This document shows positions 11,938 to 23,751 of a stretch of 64,000 nucleotides of DNA, in pieces. Source of the stretch: Hydrolagus affinis. Lineage: Eukaryota. Location: positions 1 through 64,000 of the forward strand of contig JAAILG010000874.1 in NCBI GenBank assembly GCA_012026655.1. Reading direction: 5' to 3'. The translations under genes and the position numbers were made by a program. Position 1 is the first letter of the stretch, and each line of letters starts with the position of its first letter. The notes beneath the pieces were generated by a model. It did not search any database and had not been told where the DNA came from. It saw only the letters and a program-made list of their open reading frames with translations.

Positions 11938-14064
11938 ACTGTGAAGTGAATTGACTGCATATATGTGGAGGAGTCACAGCAGCCAATTGAGCACAGCAGT
12001 GAGTGTACCACAAACTGTCGTGGATTGAGTGACCAAATTATTATTGTTTTTATTCAGGATTATTATCCCAGAAAAAGCGACCCGCCCAACATTTCACCCA
12101 GGAATAGAACGCATGTTTCTTGCTTGTGAGGCGAGCGCTCCGACCACTGAGCTGCAGGACTCCACAATGGAGTTGTACCATACATGAGCTCTGCATTGTC
12201 AGGAGCTTCTAAAAATACATGACTCTCCAGTGTAGGTAGAACTTACTCCAAGACTATAGTCAATAATTGAAAAGTCTTTACATGTCAGGATGACAACTCA
12301 TGCACGTTGTGAATTACCCTCACCATGGATTTAACAGCATAATGTTTTGGGACTGAGAAGTGAAATAGCCCTATACATACAAAACTCTTCTGGTTTGGCT
12401 GCGACTGGCTCTTCAGCCAATCTCTGTATGTCATTTTCTACCTGCATGCAAGTAAATGGCTGCTATTTAAACGCAAGTAGTTGTGATGTGAACCATTTTG
12501 GAAGTTATTAACTAATGCAGTGCATTTTCAGGATGCCTGGAGTCACCTTGCAGTGTGGAAACCACACCTTCCAGTATTCGTATATGTTACATCAATATCA
12601 GATTCAAAACCATGAGATCCATGAGTCCAGTTTAGGTGCAACAAGCTTGGCACTTCAACATTTTGTGCAGTTGGAAACAAAGCTGGACAAACAGAACTCC
12701 AGGCAATGCCTCATTATTTAATTATTAACCACACAACATTTGTTACTGGTTATATAATCAGCCTTCAGTGCATCTGTGCAGATAGACTCTGATGACTCAA
12801 TTTTATTGCAACAAATTCCATAGACTTTACAACAGTATCCATCCCTCCTAATCCCCTCTTTCACTCTATTCCTTCAAGTTACAGTGTTAAAAGAGATTTA
12901 TCTTGGTAGGCACAACAGAACCTCCTCATTCAAAGTCAATTATTGCATGGGTTTCACAAGAATACAAAGCATCAAAAGAGAGGAAAATACATCCCAAACT
13001 GCCACATCGCTGGGAAAGAATGCACAGTTTCAAACTGAAGATTCCTTGCCTTAGGGTTCAGAGCTTAATTTTGCGAGTGAACAATCTTTTGGGGCTGGTG
13101 ATAACATAAGACGAATGGAAATGTTACCTGAAAATCTTTCAGCAAACAGCTGTTCATTATAGATGTTTTGCTTGCCTAATGCAGAATCATATCTGGATAC
13201 CTATGTGCATCCTGTTCAGTCCACAGGAACAGAGAAATAACAAAGTATTTTGCTGAAATGGAAATGGAACAATATTGCTCAATGTTGAACTGTTATCTAT
13301 TGATAACTATGATACACTGTATTAAAAAAAGCGCCTTTCACACCCCGAAGCACGTGATAAATCTATTCCATCTTGTATCTGTTATTTATGTATGTTTCTT
13401 ATATATAAGAAAAATCTCAAGTGAGTATACACCAAATAAACTGTTAAAACTTGAACTAGCAATTAAAAAATTGCAGGTGCCATGATTAACACGATTTTTC
13501 AGCAGTGTTAAGTACACTGCAGGATATAACACGCAAATGTAACACTTAGCCAAACAGTCAGGATTACTGAAACAAGTAAAGACATCATAAGAAACAGGAA
13601 AGCACAATGAATATAAAGAAAGTTTGTTTAATGATTGGTCTTATATACTTTATCTAAATGGGTGTCATGTAGATTAATAGGACCAAATAATGCCCACATG
13701 TCCTACGAAAGTAAGTTTGCCTTTAAATGGATGTCCATATGTTGATCAACTTGTTAACCTGTTGCTTTTATTCACAGATTTACATAGGGCAAACCATGCT
13801 TCTTCTACTGTCTCAGCAGGTAACGCTTGCAATCTGGCTAACCTCAAGTAGCTACACTCTGATGGTCTTCAGTCCATTTCTTCTTCTGACACATCTCTAC
13901 CAGGAAGTAAATTCATTTTAAAATATCCATCCATCTGTCACTTCCTTTTGCTCAGGGTGATGATTTTAACATGACATTGTTACGCAGTGATAGCACAACT
14001 GCATATGTAAGAAGCGAATTCGCTGTTCTCTATTTTATTTGGCTCATAACATTAACACAAAGTA

Positions 14065-14266
14065 CAGTAAAAGCCCGTTTATCCGGCACACTTGAGACCT
14101 GGCCAATGCCGGTTAAAGCGTCTGCCGGATATTCGGCCAAAAATGCAAAAAAAAGTCGATGCATTTTTCTGGATAAATTCCGGTTAATCGAACGCGGACC
14201 TTTTTTGTGATGCCAGTTATATGAAAGTTATGGTTGATCAGGTGCCGGATAAACGGGCTTTTACTG
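14065..14266. mobile_element. Tc1/mariner (Tigger/pogo-like) MITE, 202 bp
   Basis: Perfect 25-bp TIR cagtaaaagcccgtttatccggcac (14065-14089 / 14242-14266), flanked by TA on both sides. Confidence 0.95.
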
Positions 14267-16417
14267 TAAAAAGGAAGGGGAAATTAAAAAAAATGACTGC
14301 ATATGTTTCTTCAAAACCAACTTCACTTGTGGCTTTCTAATGAAATAGAAACACGTGAGCTAAAATTCGACTTGGATTTACATTATTAACATATTAATTT
14401 TCGAGTGTCCAGAATTTAAATTCAGTTTTGAATCCCATTTTCTGAAGTCCGTTTTTGTAGAGGTGAAAGGCGCTATACAAATGTAATTTTTGTTGTTGTT
14501 GTTGTAGATGGTGTGTCGCAGATATCCTTGTCCTAACATTATTACAGTACTAAATTTATTAATGCTTTTCTTTTACATTGAGAAATATAATTCCAAGTGC
14601 AAATCAAAAGATTTACAACTGGTGGACTTCCTGTGGTTTCTACCTACAATATCTCCACCTGATGTTCCAGTGGACACTAAATTCTTCCCACACTAATAGT
14701 AATTAAACCAAAAAGTAATTATTTGACAAAAAAAAAGGGCCAGAATCAACTGATAATATTTAGAATTATGTACACATGAATAATATGGTGATGTAGTTTG
14801 AAAAATGCAATGATAAAATTAATGAACTGGAGATCAGCAGAGCTGATTTCAAGGCAAATGTGAAGAGGATACATTGAAAGAAAGGCGAGATCAAAAAATA
14901 TTAAGCGAAACCGGAAAGCTATTGAGAAATATGTTAAAGAGGATGTAAATTATACACTTACCATTTATATGTCAGAGGTGCCCATCAAAACCAAGAACAA
15001 ATTGGTAAAGTAGGAAGATTAAAGATAGCATCAGAAGGAAAGAAATTAAAATTGAATGAAAAGAGGAAGGAGGAATATTGGAGAATACATAACATAAAAT
15101 GATATGAGAGACTAACCTAGGCTGAAATTAGTTAAAGGGAAAAAGTGGCCATTGGAGGAAATAACACTTCTGATTTCTTCAATGTGACATAAAGGAAGGC
15201 AATGAAATACACCTCACATCATACATATGGTAGGAGATTGCTGACAAAGAGAATATCAAAGCCAGAAAGCGTGGGACTCAAATCTAAAATAAAGCAAGAA
15301 ATTAACGTTTTCTTAACCCCATTCAATATTCTCTCCCATTCTCCAGCTCAGCCTGGATTAATTTCAAGAAGGCACTGATTGCCCACTGGCATCTTCTTCA
15401 TGTCTAGTGGACATGCATTTATTATAGCATCTTATTGTGTTGAAACATCTCAAAGCTAATTTGACATGCTGTGACTATTAGGAAAATGACCAAAGCAGCT
15501 AATCTGCACCAGAAACGTCCCACAACAGGTGATAAAATGAATCGCCCATTCATCTGCATGGTGTGTGAATTTAAACTTTAAACAATAAAAGGCACAGGAG
15601 TGAGAACCCTGGGTGATTTTTGTCCTTTCTTAAATACAGTTCTAATATTGAAGCCAGTTTTCTGTAAATTATTTTAAGAGAACTTTAGAAAACTAACTTA
15701 AAAGTTGAGATTGAATTGAATGATTTTTCAGGAAATTCTAAAATATTGTATCAATAGAATAAAATTACTCAGGTGGAATTTCTCCCTATTAATAATCCAT
15801 CAGTACTTTTCAATCAGATGAAATTGGAGGTAAAGTACAGATAGCCAGTAATTTGCACTCTAAGAAGATGTTTGCATATGACTGCTCAGCCTTTGATCAT
15901 CCTTTCTAAAGTACCACTGAAAGACAGTAAGTGTACCTTGCTATTTCAAGCTCACATTACTGTAATAAACGGTTCTATTAGAGGCTGAAAGAAACAGTAA
16001 GAAAAAGAAGGAGTGAGTTGAAAGAGAGTTTGAAAGCAAAGTAACAGCATCCCGGAGATATAATGATTTGATATCAAGAGATAAAGGTGAGAGAGACACA
16101 GCAAGATAAACACTGAGTGATATAAATAGTACAGTACTTTGTTTTACCCCTTGGAGTGATACACTTGAATGTGTCTAACACAAGAAAAGATCTCTATTTG
16201 TATTTATGATAAAGTATGTTTGGTACACAGGAAATTTATGAACCCTAAAACATATTTTATGTACAGCACAGAGGAATAAAACTGCATTGCATTTGTGCCA
16301 TTGCATGCCCAGTAAGTTCCATCATCCATTTTCATTTGTCCTCTATGGCCCCATGTGGGAAGGGAAGGGAAGGCATTCAACTGGAAAAAGAATCGCAGAA
16401 ATACCCATCCCCTAAAG

Positions 16418-16898
16418 CAGTGGTTTCCAAACTTTGAATAGCAGCGCCCCACCTAATTCAGCAACGTTTTCGTGGCTCGCCCCACTCCTTCACACTCGGG
16501 TCCTCGGCTCCACCGCAGCTCCACCCATGACCGCTGGGTCGGGAGGCCCTCTGGCAAGGGTGGAACCAACTGACTGACTGACTCCAAAAAAACAAAACTT
16601 GCACAATAGTTTTCACAAAGAATAGTTCTTTTTTGTTCAACAAACAAGCTCTGCCTCTGTACATTCCCTACCTCTGAACATTCCCTACCTCCGAACATTC
16701 CCTACCTCCGAACATTCCCTACCTCTGTACGTTCACCTTCTCTCCACTTTCCTTTCACATTACCAAGTCCCCCAACTTTATATTTGTGCTCAATTATGCC
16801 TGAGGCCTGGTGCCCAATTATCACAATCGTCAATCCAGCTGTCGTGCAGCCCTCGTTAGCTCCCAAGGGAGGTGCGCCCGACCGTCTGGAAACCACTG
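16418..16898. mobile_element. hAT (Charlie-like) non-autonomous element, 481 bp
   Basis: TIR cagtggtttccaaac / gtctggaaaccactg. 8-bp TSD ccctaaag / cccaaaag (7/8). Confidence 0.9.
16661..16727 (+). repeat. 17-bp minisatellite x4 inside hAT element
   Basis: Unit acattccctacctc(t/c)ga repeated four times. Confidence 0.9.
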
Positions 16899-17142
16899 CC
16901 CAAAAGAGACCCTTTTCAGCCAATATCATCTTCCTTTCCTGTGCCATACAAGAGCAATTTCTTATCTAGCCGTTTTCAGATGTTTTGACCCTATGCAGAC
17001 AGGCAGACACTGACTTTGAATTAATCTATCTGATGACCTAGTCACTGTCATATCAGTAAACAATTGGCTGCAATTGCTATCGAATATTTTCCTGAACAAT
17101 GGCCTAGAAATATATATGTATATTTTTAAATTGTATCGAGTA

Positions 17143-17500
17143 CAATAAAACCTCGATAATCCGGCACGGTTGGGTCCTGGATTTTGGAGTTTGCCGGTGT
17201 TTAGTACCTAGAGATGGCTGGTGAAGCCATGCCCCATAAACCACGTGTGCTGCAAACTCAGCACTGAAGCCAAACGATAGCCGAGCTCCACCCACAGCTA
17301 CAGATGACAGAGTGGCCACACCGGGAACAACAACAACAAAATTATAGCTCGCCTTTCACGTCGGGAGGTTCAAGCAGCTGTTCCAAACTTCGGGAGATTT
17401 GCCAACGTCAGAAAAAATATAATACTGTATATATTCTGAAACCTCGCCAGTTTTAAGGAGTTGCCAGCTTTCGGATTGTTGGATTCTCGAGATTTTACTG
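17143..17500. mobile_element. Older Tigger/pogo-like MITE containing a short L2 tail
   Basis: Imperfect 24-bp TIR (caataaaacctcgataatccggca vs cagtaaaatctcgagaatccaaca) with TA flanks. (AAC)n-led L2 tail on minus at ~17326-17368. Confidence 0.75.
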
Positions 17501-20500
17501 TATTCCTAAAATATTTATAGAAAGTGATCGAAACAATTTTCCCCCCAAAATTGAAATTATATTTTAAAATGACCTTCCATTTGGGAAAAAAGAACCCAAA
17601 AAGTACGACACAAAAATGTTGTAGGTGGTTACGATAGAATGTTAAGTACTGAACATATTTTAATGCATTCAAAAGCTCATAGAAGTTTTATCTCGTCCTC
17701 TAAAAATGCAATGTTTGCAGTCCAAGGACAGTTTTTATACTTAATTTATTTTTCATCAACATTTTTGCATCTGTCAAAAAGGCCAAGTAAGAAAGAGATT
17801 GCATGTGCATCAAAAGCACAAAAATAGCTGTAGTATTAAACACAGAAAGGCTGCGTGGTTCCACCCCAGCTCCATTTTTCAGGCTTACTGCCATGTACCA
17901 ATGAACCAATAATATACTGAAGAGGCAGGGTATTTGAGAAGATAGGAAATGTCATCTCTTTATAAATAGGGTTACTTTTTTTTTTGCATTTTACACATCA
18001 TATGAGCCTTCCTTTACTTTTACCCTGGTGCCAGAAGTCTGGAATACATCTTACTTATCCAAACTGCTCCTACTATTTTCAGATGCTGTCTTTGCTCTCC
18101 TGTTTTCTCTCACAGGAAATCATTCCATTATTTATAGTCACTGTCTCACTCTTAACTTCTCTACTTCTTCTCTACTTGCTGTCGTTCTTTATTGGTATCC
18201 TTTTTCTCGTAGCCGTTATCTCTCATTCTCCTGCCCCACAGTTATTGAGTTACTGTGTTTGTGTGTGTGTGAGTGCTTGCATTGGGTGTGATTTTCTAAT
18301 TTCCCACTGGATTGTGAGAGCTTCGCATCTCTGGCCTTTTCCTGCCCATCGTTTTTTCCATTCCTAATTCCATGTGACCATAGGTAGTGCCCATATCCAC
18401 ACCTCAGAACTGCAGAATGAAAATCTTGCATTTTGTTTCTTCTGTGAAAGTTTGAGTGCATCAAACTGCAAGTGGAGAGGAAATCACAATCCAGCAAAAC
18501 AGCAGAATGAGCATGTCCAAAAATGAACATCTAAAATCAAGGCTGCAAACCTGTGCCCTGTTGCAATATTCCTAAGCACGGTATTCTTGTGTCGAGGCGT
18601 GTTGCGCTCCCATCTTGCTAAGAAATCGAACTGTTCTAGTTAACTTTGAGTTGTCCACTTTGTGAATTGTTGGGTGAAGTAAACTCACATCCTAAATCCA
18701 GATAGTGATGTATTTTTGTGAAGCTTCAATGTTAGAATCATCCTGTGATTGTTAAGGGCATTGAGCAGCTAATGCAGGGTATAAACAAACAATTACCAGC
18801 CAAGCAGCAACATGCAATTTACCAGTGTTTTATCATACTGATTTATCATTGCTGATATTTAAGTTACCTAATGAAGACAGATGTAATTATGCAAATTAAT
18901 CAGTTTAACAACTGAAAATTAACCTCTTGAACTTTATAATGTTATGGCTTGATTACCATTTTTTTCCATAACACTATGGAAGAAAAATAACAGGCAGAAA
19001 CCTATGGCTGTGGCTGCCCAGCAGAGTTAACTTGTTCTGTTACTGACAGCTGCCTAAGATGGGAGGGTTAAGCTACGGATGGGATGGGGAGAGCACAAAC
19101 AGCTTTCCAGTAAGCTTTATAATGTGTAACCCTCCCCCCACCCGCAAGTATACAATTTGTATTGCTTATTTTTCCTTGCAAATTACAGTCATTGTATCTC
19201 ATCCAATACATGCTGTAAAGCGCTTTGAGATATCCTCTCACTGTGAAAGGCGTGATATCAAATGCAAGGATTTTTTTTTAATAATATTAATATTCACAGC
19301 AAAAGACCAAATGATGTTCAAGAGACATTTTTTGAAAAATGATTACAAGCTATGCAAGTTATGATTAATTGATTGTCTGCAACAAGTAATTATCTGAAAA
19401 TGATTATTTGCAGGTGATTAATTGCTTAATGGTTGTGTCCATATAATTCATTTAATAAATACCTAACACCAGTATAAATCATTCACAGCTATCCATAATC
19501 CAAGTAGTCTTTTTATTAAATTGCAAATGATTTTCATGTGGGTGGAAAAATTTGACTAATGGTCCATTGTTGAATAATTTTGCATTAGTTGAAACATTGA
19601 GAATAAATCAATTAGCAGCCAATTAGTCAGAATTTTCTTTGATGAATATTTTTCTTACCCAGAAAAAAGTTCTGTTGTTGAGATGTGCACACAGCTTCAA
19701 CACCTTTGTCACTCAGAATTATCAAACAGTTAAGGTGTGAATCTATTGGAAAGTACACAGATATATCAGGTTATCAACACCAGCTTTTAAATGCAGTGGA
19801 GATGTGAATGTGTCTTTTGCGCCATTTTAATATTGTTTAACCCAAATTAGAATATCATGCATGCAACTGCGAGTTGACTATATTAAAAATAAATGGTATT
19901 TTGACTGGTAAACATAGAGTCAATATTTTGCTGCACTCACTACAATCCAGAGCGAGGACCTTTCAACAGACAGTGGTGGTGAATCTTTCAGAAGATTCAA
20001 GTATTCATTTTATCCAAAATGAAATCCAGAACATAAAATGACATGAGAGGTGATTGAAGTCCAATGCTGGATAGCAGAGAAATTGAATGCCATCGATGGA
20101 TAGCCCCCACCTCACCAGATTGGCAGGGAATCACACAAAGCGTAGACAGACAGGCCTGTGGACCACTGCAGAATTATACTACAGATGGTTACTCCTTGAA
20201 GCAATAGGGAATGCCATGGACTTCAGGGAAATCAAGTGTATCAATCCAAAATTGTAAGACAGCAAAGGATAGATCAAAACTGATAGGAGATTATAATAAA
20301 TACTCTATAGAAATGTCAATTTCTCCAGCATCTGAAACAATGAACTTCAATGAACACAGTGAATAAAAATGTGCTTCACAATTCAGCAAGTCTACAGAAA
20401 CTCTATGGTCCAAGTACTTATGTACATTATCAACTCATGCCACTGTCACACAAATAAAGCCACAAACATGCACCTCCTGATATCAAAAACACAATTTAAA

Positions 20501-20944
20501 GTATAAATGGGACATTTTAAAAATGTTCTGAAACAATTTATCTTCCTCTTCCATTCAACTTTCCTCCTTAGTGTTTTGCTTTTATATGTTCCATGATTAC
20601 TTCCGACTGAACTACCGACTGCACTATCAAACTATTTTGTTCCCAATATTATTCATTCAAAGTTTTACTCCAAATTTCTTATTTTATTCCCATTGTCCAC
20701 TTTGAAAGGCAAGTAACTTTTTTTAAAAAAAATTGACAGACCAAAACCCAAAGCTTTAAAAACCAGTTTTGCAGGCAATGTAAAGTGGAAGCATTGAAGA
20801 CTGATTGAACCAGATCATCGTAAAAATATTCCCCAAAATTATTCCCGACAACATGATAAGGCACTATATCAAATGAAAGGATTATTCTAATTATTAATGA
20901 ACATTAATTGTACAAAGCTTAAATATATTTTTGTATTGTTTGCT

Positions 20945-21028
20945 TAAATGCTTTGAAGCGCTCTGAGAAGCCGTCCGGCATGGAGGGCGATATATAAATC
21001 GAAGTTGTTGTTGTTGTTGTTGTTGTTG
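20945..21028 (+). mobile_element. L2-type 3' tail with (GTT)n
   Basis: gaagcgctctgag...ggagggcgatatataaatcgaa(gtt)n. Confidence 0.75.
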
Positions 21029-21296
21029 TAAATGTGTTGCATTTTTTAGTGGTGAATGGCAGTGACCACGCTGTAAATTTGCTGGAGATGGTATGTTGCT
21101 TAAGTTGTAGCTTGGTGAAGAATTGAATCGAGTATTTGGTCATTCTGTCAAAAGCCGATGGAGACAGCCAGTTTCATAAGTACAACACATGAGGCGCTAT
21201 CATCTTTCTGCATATCTATGGGTTTCAGAGGCAAATTCCAGTACAACAATATTTGGTCCAAGAGAATGCCATCAACTGAGCCAGCCTAACACCTTA

Positions 21297-21485
21297 TGAT
21301 AATAATCGTTGCATTTGATATTGTACTTTACGTCTTCGAGACGTCTCAAAGTGATTCACAGAATATATTGTAAAATTAATTGACTGAAATTTTTGGGCAA
21401 AACGCAGCAGCCAATTGCGCACAGCAGTATCCCCCAAAGAGTCATAGATTGAATGAAAACTAATTATTTTATTGGAAGGAATTAT
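21297..21485 (-). mobile_element. tRNA/Deu SINE 3' part
   Basis: Tail plus Deu core (cagccaattgcgcacagcag) on minus. Confidence 0.85.
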
Positions 21486-22234
21486 TGCAGAAAGCAATCC
21501 TCCATTCGATTAACAACCAGGTTCCTACTTACATCTTGGTGAACCGATTCGCGTGAAGTAAGGAAACCCTGCTGAAGATTTCCCCTTGATGTCACATCCA
21601 AGAATTCTCAAAGCTCTGCATAGAAATCTTACTGTGAAGTGCAGAGACTGTGTTTGTGGATGAACCAGCACAATTGAGCACAGCAATACCCCACAAATCA
21701 GCGGTGAAATGAATGACAAACTTTATTTTTACTTGAATTTCTTGGTCAAGGGTTGGATTTGCAATGAGCACTAAATCTGGAAAAATAATTGCTTAATTAA
21801 AGTATTAATAATAATCATTGCAAGTGCATTAGCACCTGCAATGCTATAGCATCTGAAAGAACTTCATGGATCACTGTTTTTAAGGGTAATGAATGACTGC
21901 ATACTTTGGGAAAATACTGTATATATGCAGTATCTAGATTTGTTAGCAGAAAGAAAACTGTGTAAAATAGTCACACTACTAATTATGTTTTCAGACATTG
22001 TTTTCAGACATTTATTTTCAGACATAGCAGATGTTGGGAAATTCCAAAATGGATTGGTAATTTTGGTTTATGAACATAAGTTTGCAGACATTCTTGATGG
22101 AAAAATTGTTAAGAGATTCTTGGATGTACATAAGTGAGCAAGAATAAGACTTTTAAATAGAGCATTCAATATAAGATTTTAAAAGTATTATAATTTTTTT
22201 CACTCACAAAATATATAGTCAATTCACTTTACAG

Positions 22235-22973
22235 CAGTGGTTTTCAAACTTTAAATAGCAGCGTCCCCCTAACTCAGCTAAGTTTTCATTGCGTCCCCCT
22301 CCTTCACATTGAATAATTTTCACAAATGATAACAGCAAATTCAATATGTTCTTTACTTGTTTTTATTTGTTAAAGCATTAACAAAAAACATTAAATTGTT
22401 AAAAAATTTAATTAAATGAGAAAAATTATTAAAATTGTGAAACCAATTAGTATTTACATTTCCAATTCCAAGCGCTAGGTACTGTATTTCCTATCGTATT
22501 TTCTGTATTTTGTTTTTTTACATGCCATTTCTCTACTATCTTTACTTGAACTTATTTCACTAACTCTATCTTTCCTCTTGAAACCAGTTAAGAACTTCTT
22601 CATCTCTACAAGGGTTCTCAGCACAGGTAAACCCCGTTTAACATCATAGTTTGGTTCTTGACAAGTGCGACTTTAATTGAAACGACGTTAAGCGAATACA
22701 TTTTTCCCATAAAAATGAATGTAAAATGGAGTTAGGTTCTTTTGGTCCTTTCGACAAAATTGTCTTAAAAAAACGTAATACTCTCTCCCTGAGTGCCAAG
22801 CTCACTCACTCGCTCCCTGACACTGCCTGCCCAGCTCACTCACTCACTCACTGCTGGTCTGACTCCCTGCCTGCCTGCCTCACTCTCTCCCTGGAGGCTT
22901 TGCTCACTCCCAGGTCCTAGCGCCATCACTCCCACCAGCCAATGGTGCACGCCCCACAGTTTGGAAACCACTG
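22235..22973. mobile_element. hAT (Charlie-like) non-autonomous element, 739 bp
   Basis: TIR cagtggttttcaaact / agtttggaaaccactg. Perfect 8-bp TSD ctttacag (22227-22234, 22974-22981). Confidence 0.95.
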
Positions 22974-23034
22974 CTTTACAGTACAGTATATTCTGTGAAG
23001 CGCTTTGAGACATCTCGAAGATGTGATAAGGCGC

Positions 23035-23751
23035 TAGGGTCCATCGATATGGAAATTTTCCGATTTAGATATATCGATGGGCTCACATCGAGATATACCG
23101 AAATATCGATATTTTCGGGTTTTTCGTACTGCGCATGCGTGCATTCCCGGTACACGCGCATTCCTGGTGTGCGCACATTCCCGGTGCGCGCGCATTCGGG
23201 GCCTATCTCCTCAGGAGGTAAATATCTTTCTCTCTCTGTGTCTCTCACACTCACTCTCTCCATCTCTGTGTTTTTCTGTCTGTGTCTCTGTGTCTCTCTC
23301 CTCTCTCACATCCCCTTCATCTCTATCTATCTGTATATTATCACATCCACCCCGTCTCTCCCCCACCCCACCCCTGCTGCCATCCCTCTCTCCTCCGCCC
23401 TCCCGCCGCCGTCCCTCTCGCCCCCCCTGTCGTCTCTCTCCACCCCCCCACCCCCCAGCCATCTCTCTCCCCCTCCCAACCCCCAGCCGTCTCTCTCCCC
23501 TCACCCCTTGCATACCTGTATATTGTATTCAAGGACTATGAATACAATATGGCGGCTTTGCACCTCGGTCTGTGCATTGTGTATAGAGATGAGCATTCTG
23601 GGTCTTGTAGTTCAGTATGCGCACATTTCAATTTTTTCCCTCGATATATTGATTTTTCGATATATCAATACTTTTGAAATGCCTATATCAGCGTATCGAT
23701 ATGAAAATTATATTGGATTTTAGCAATATATCGATATATCGCCGGACCCTA
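23035..23751 (+). mobile_element. hAT (Ac-like, TAGGG-ended) MITE with CGATAT subterminal repeats, 717 bp
   Basis: Ends tagggtcc...ggacccta. 8-bp TSD taaggcgc / taaggctc. Many ATATCG/CGATAT motifs at both ends and a CT/C-rich core. Confidence 0.92.

Larger units (their letters stand above)
11739..12163 (-). mobile_element. tRNA/Deu SINE interrupted by a Penelope-like insertion
   Basis: SINE sequence stops at ~11809 and resumes at ~11938. Confidence 0.9.

Noticed and set aside
13128-13200. Possible minus-strand exon (ag|VSRYDSALGKQNIYNEQLFAERFS|gtaac)
   Set aside because: Weak acceptor, peptide not recognised, and no consistent neighbouring exons.
13778-13819. Possible 42-nt plus-strand exon (ttttattcacag|...cag|gtaacg)
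   Set aside because: Splice-like signals only. There is no recognisable protein, so transcript evidence is needed.
16661-16727. Regularly spaced repeats as a CRISPR-like array
   Set aside because: Contiguous tandem units without spacers, in a eukaryotic transposon context.
22995-23723. 242-aa Pro/Ser-rich ORF and overlapping ORFs
   Set aside because: Arises from the low-complexity interior of a hAT MITE.
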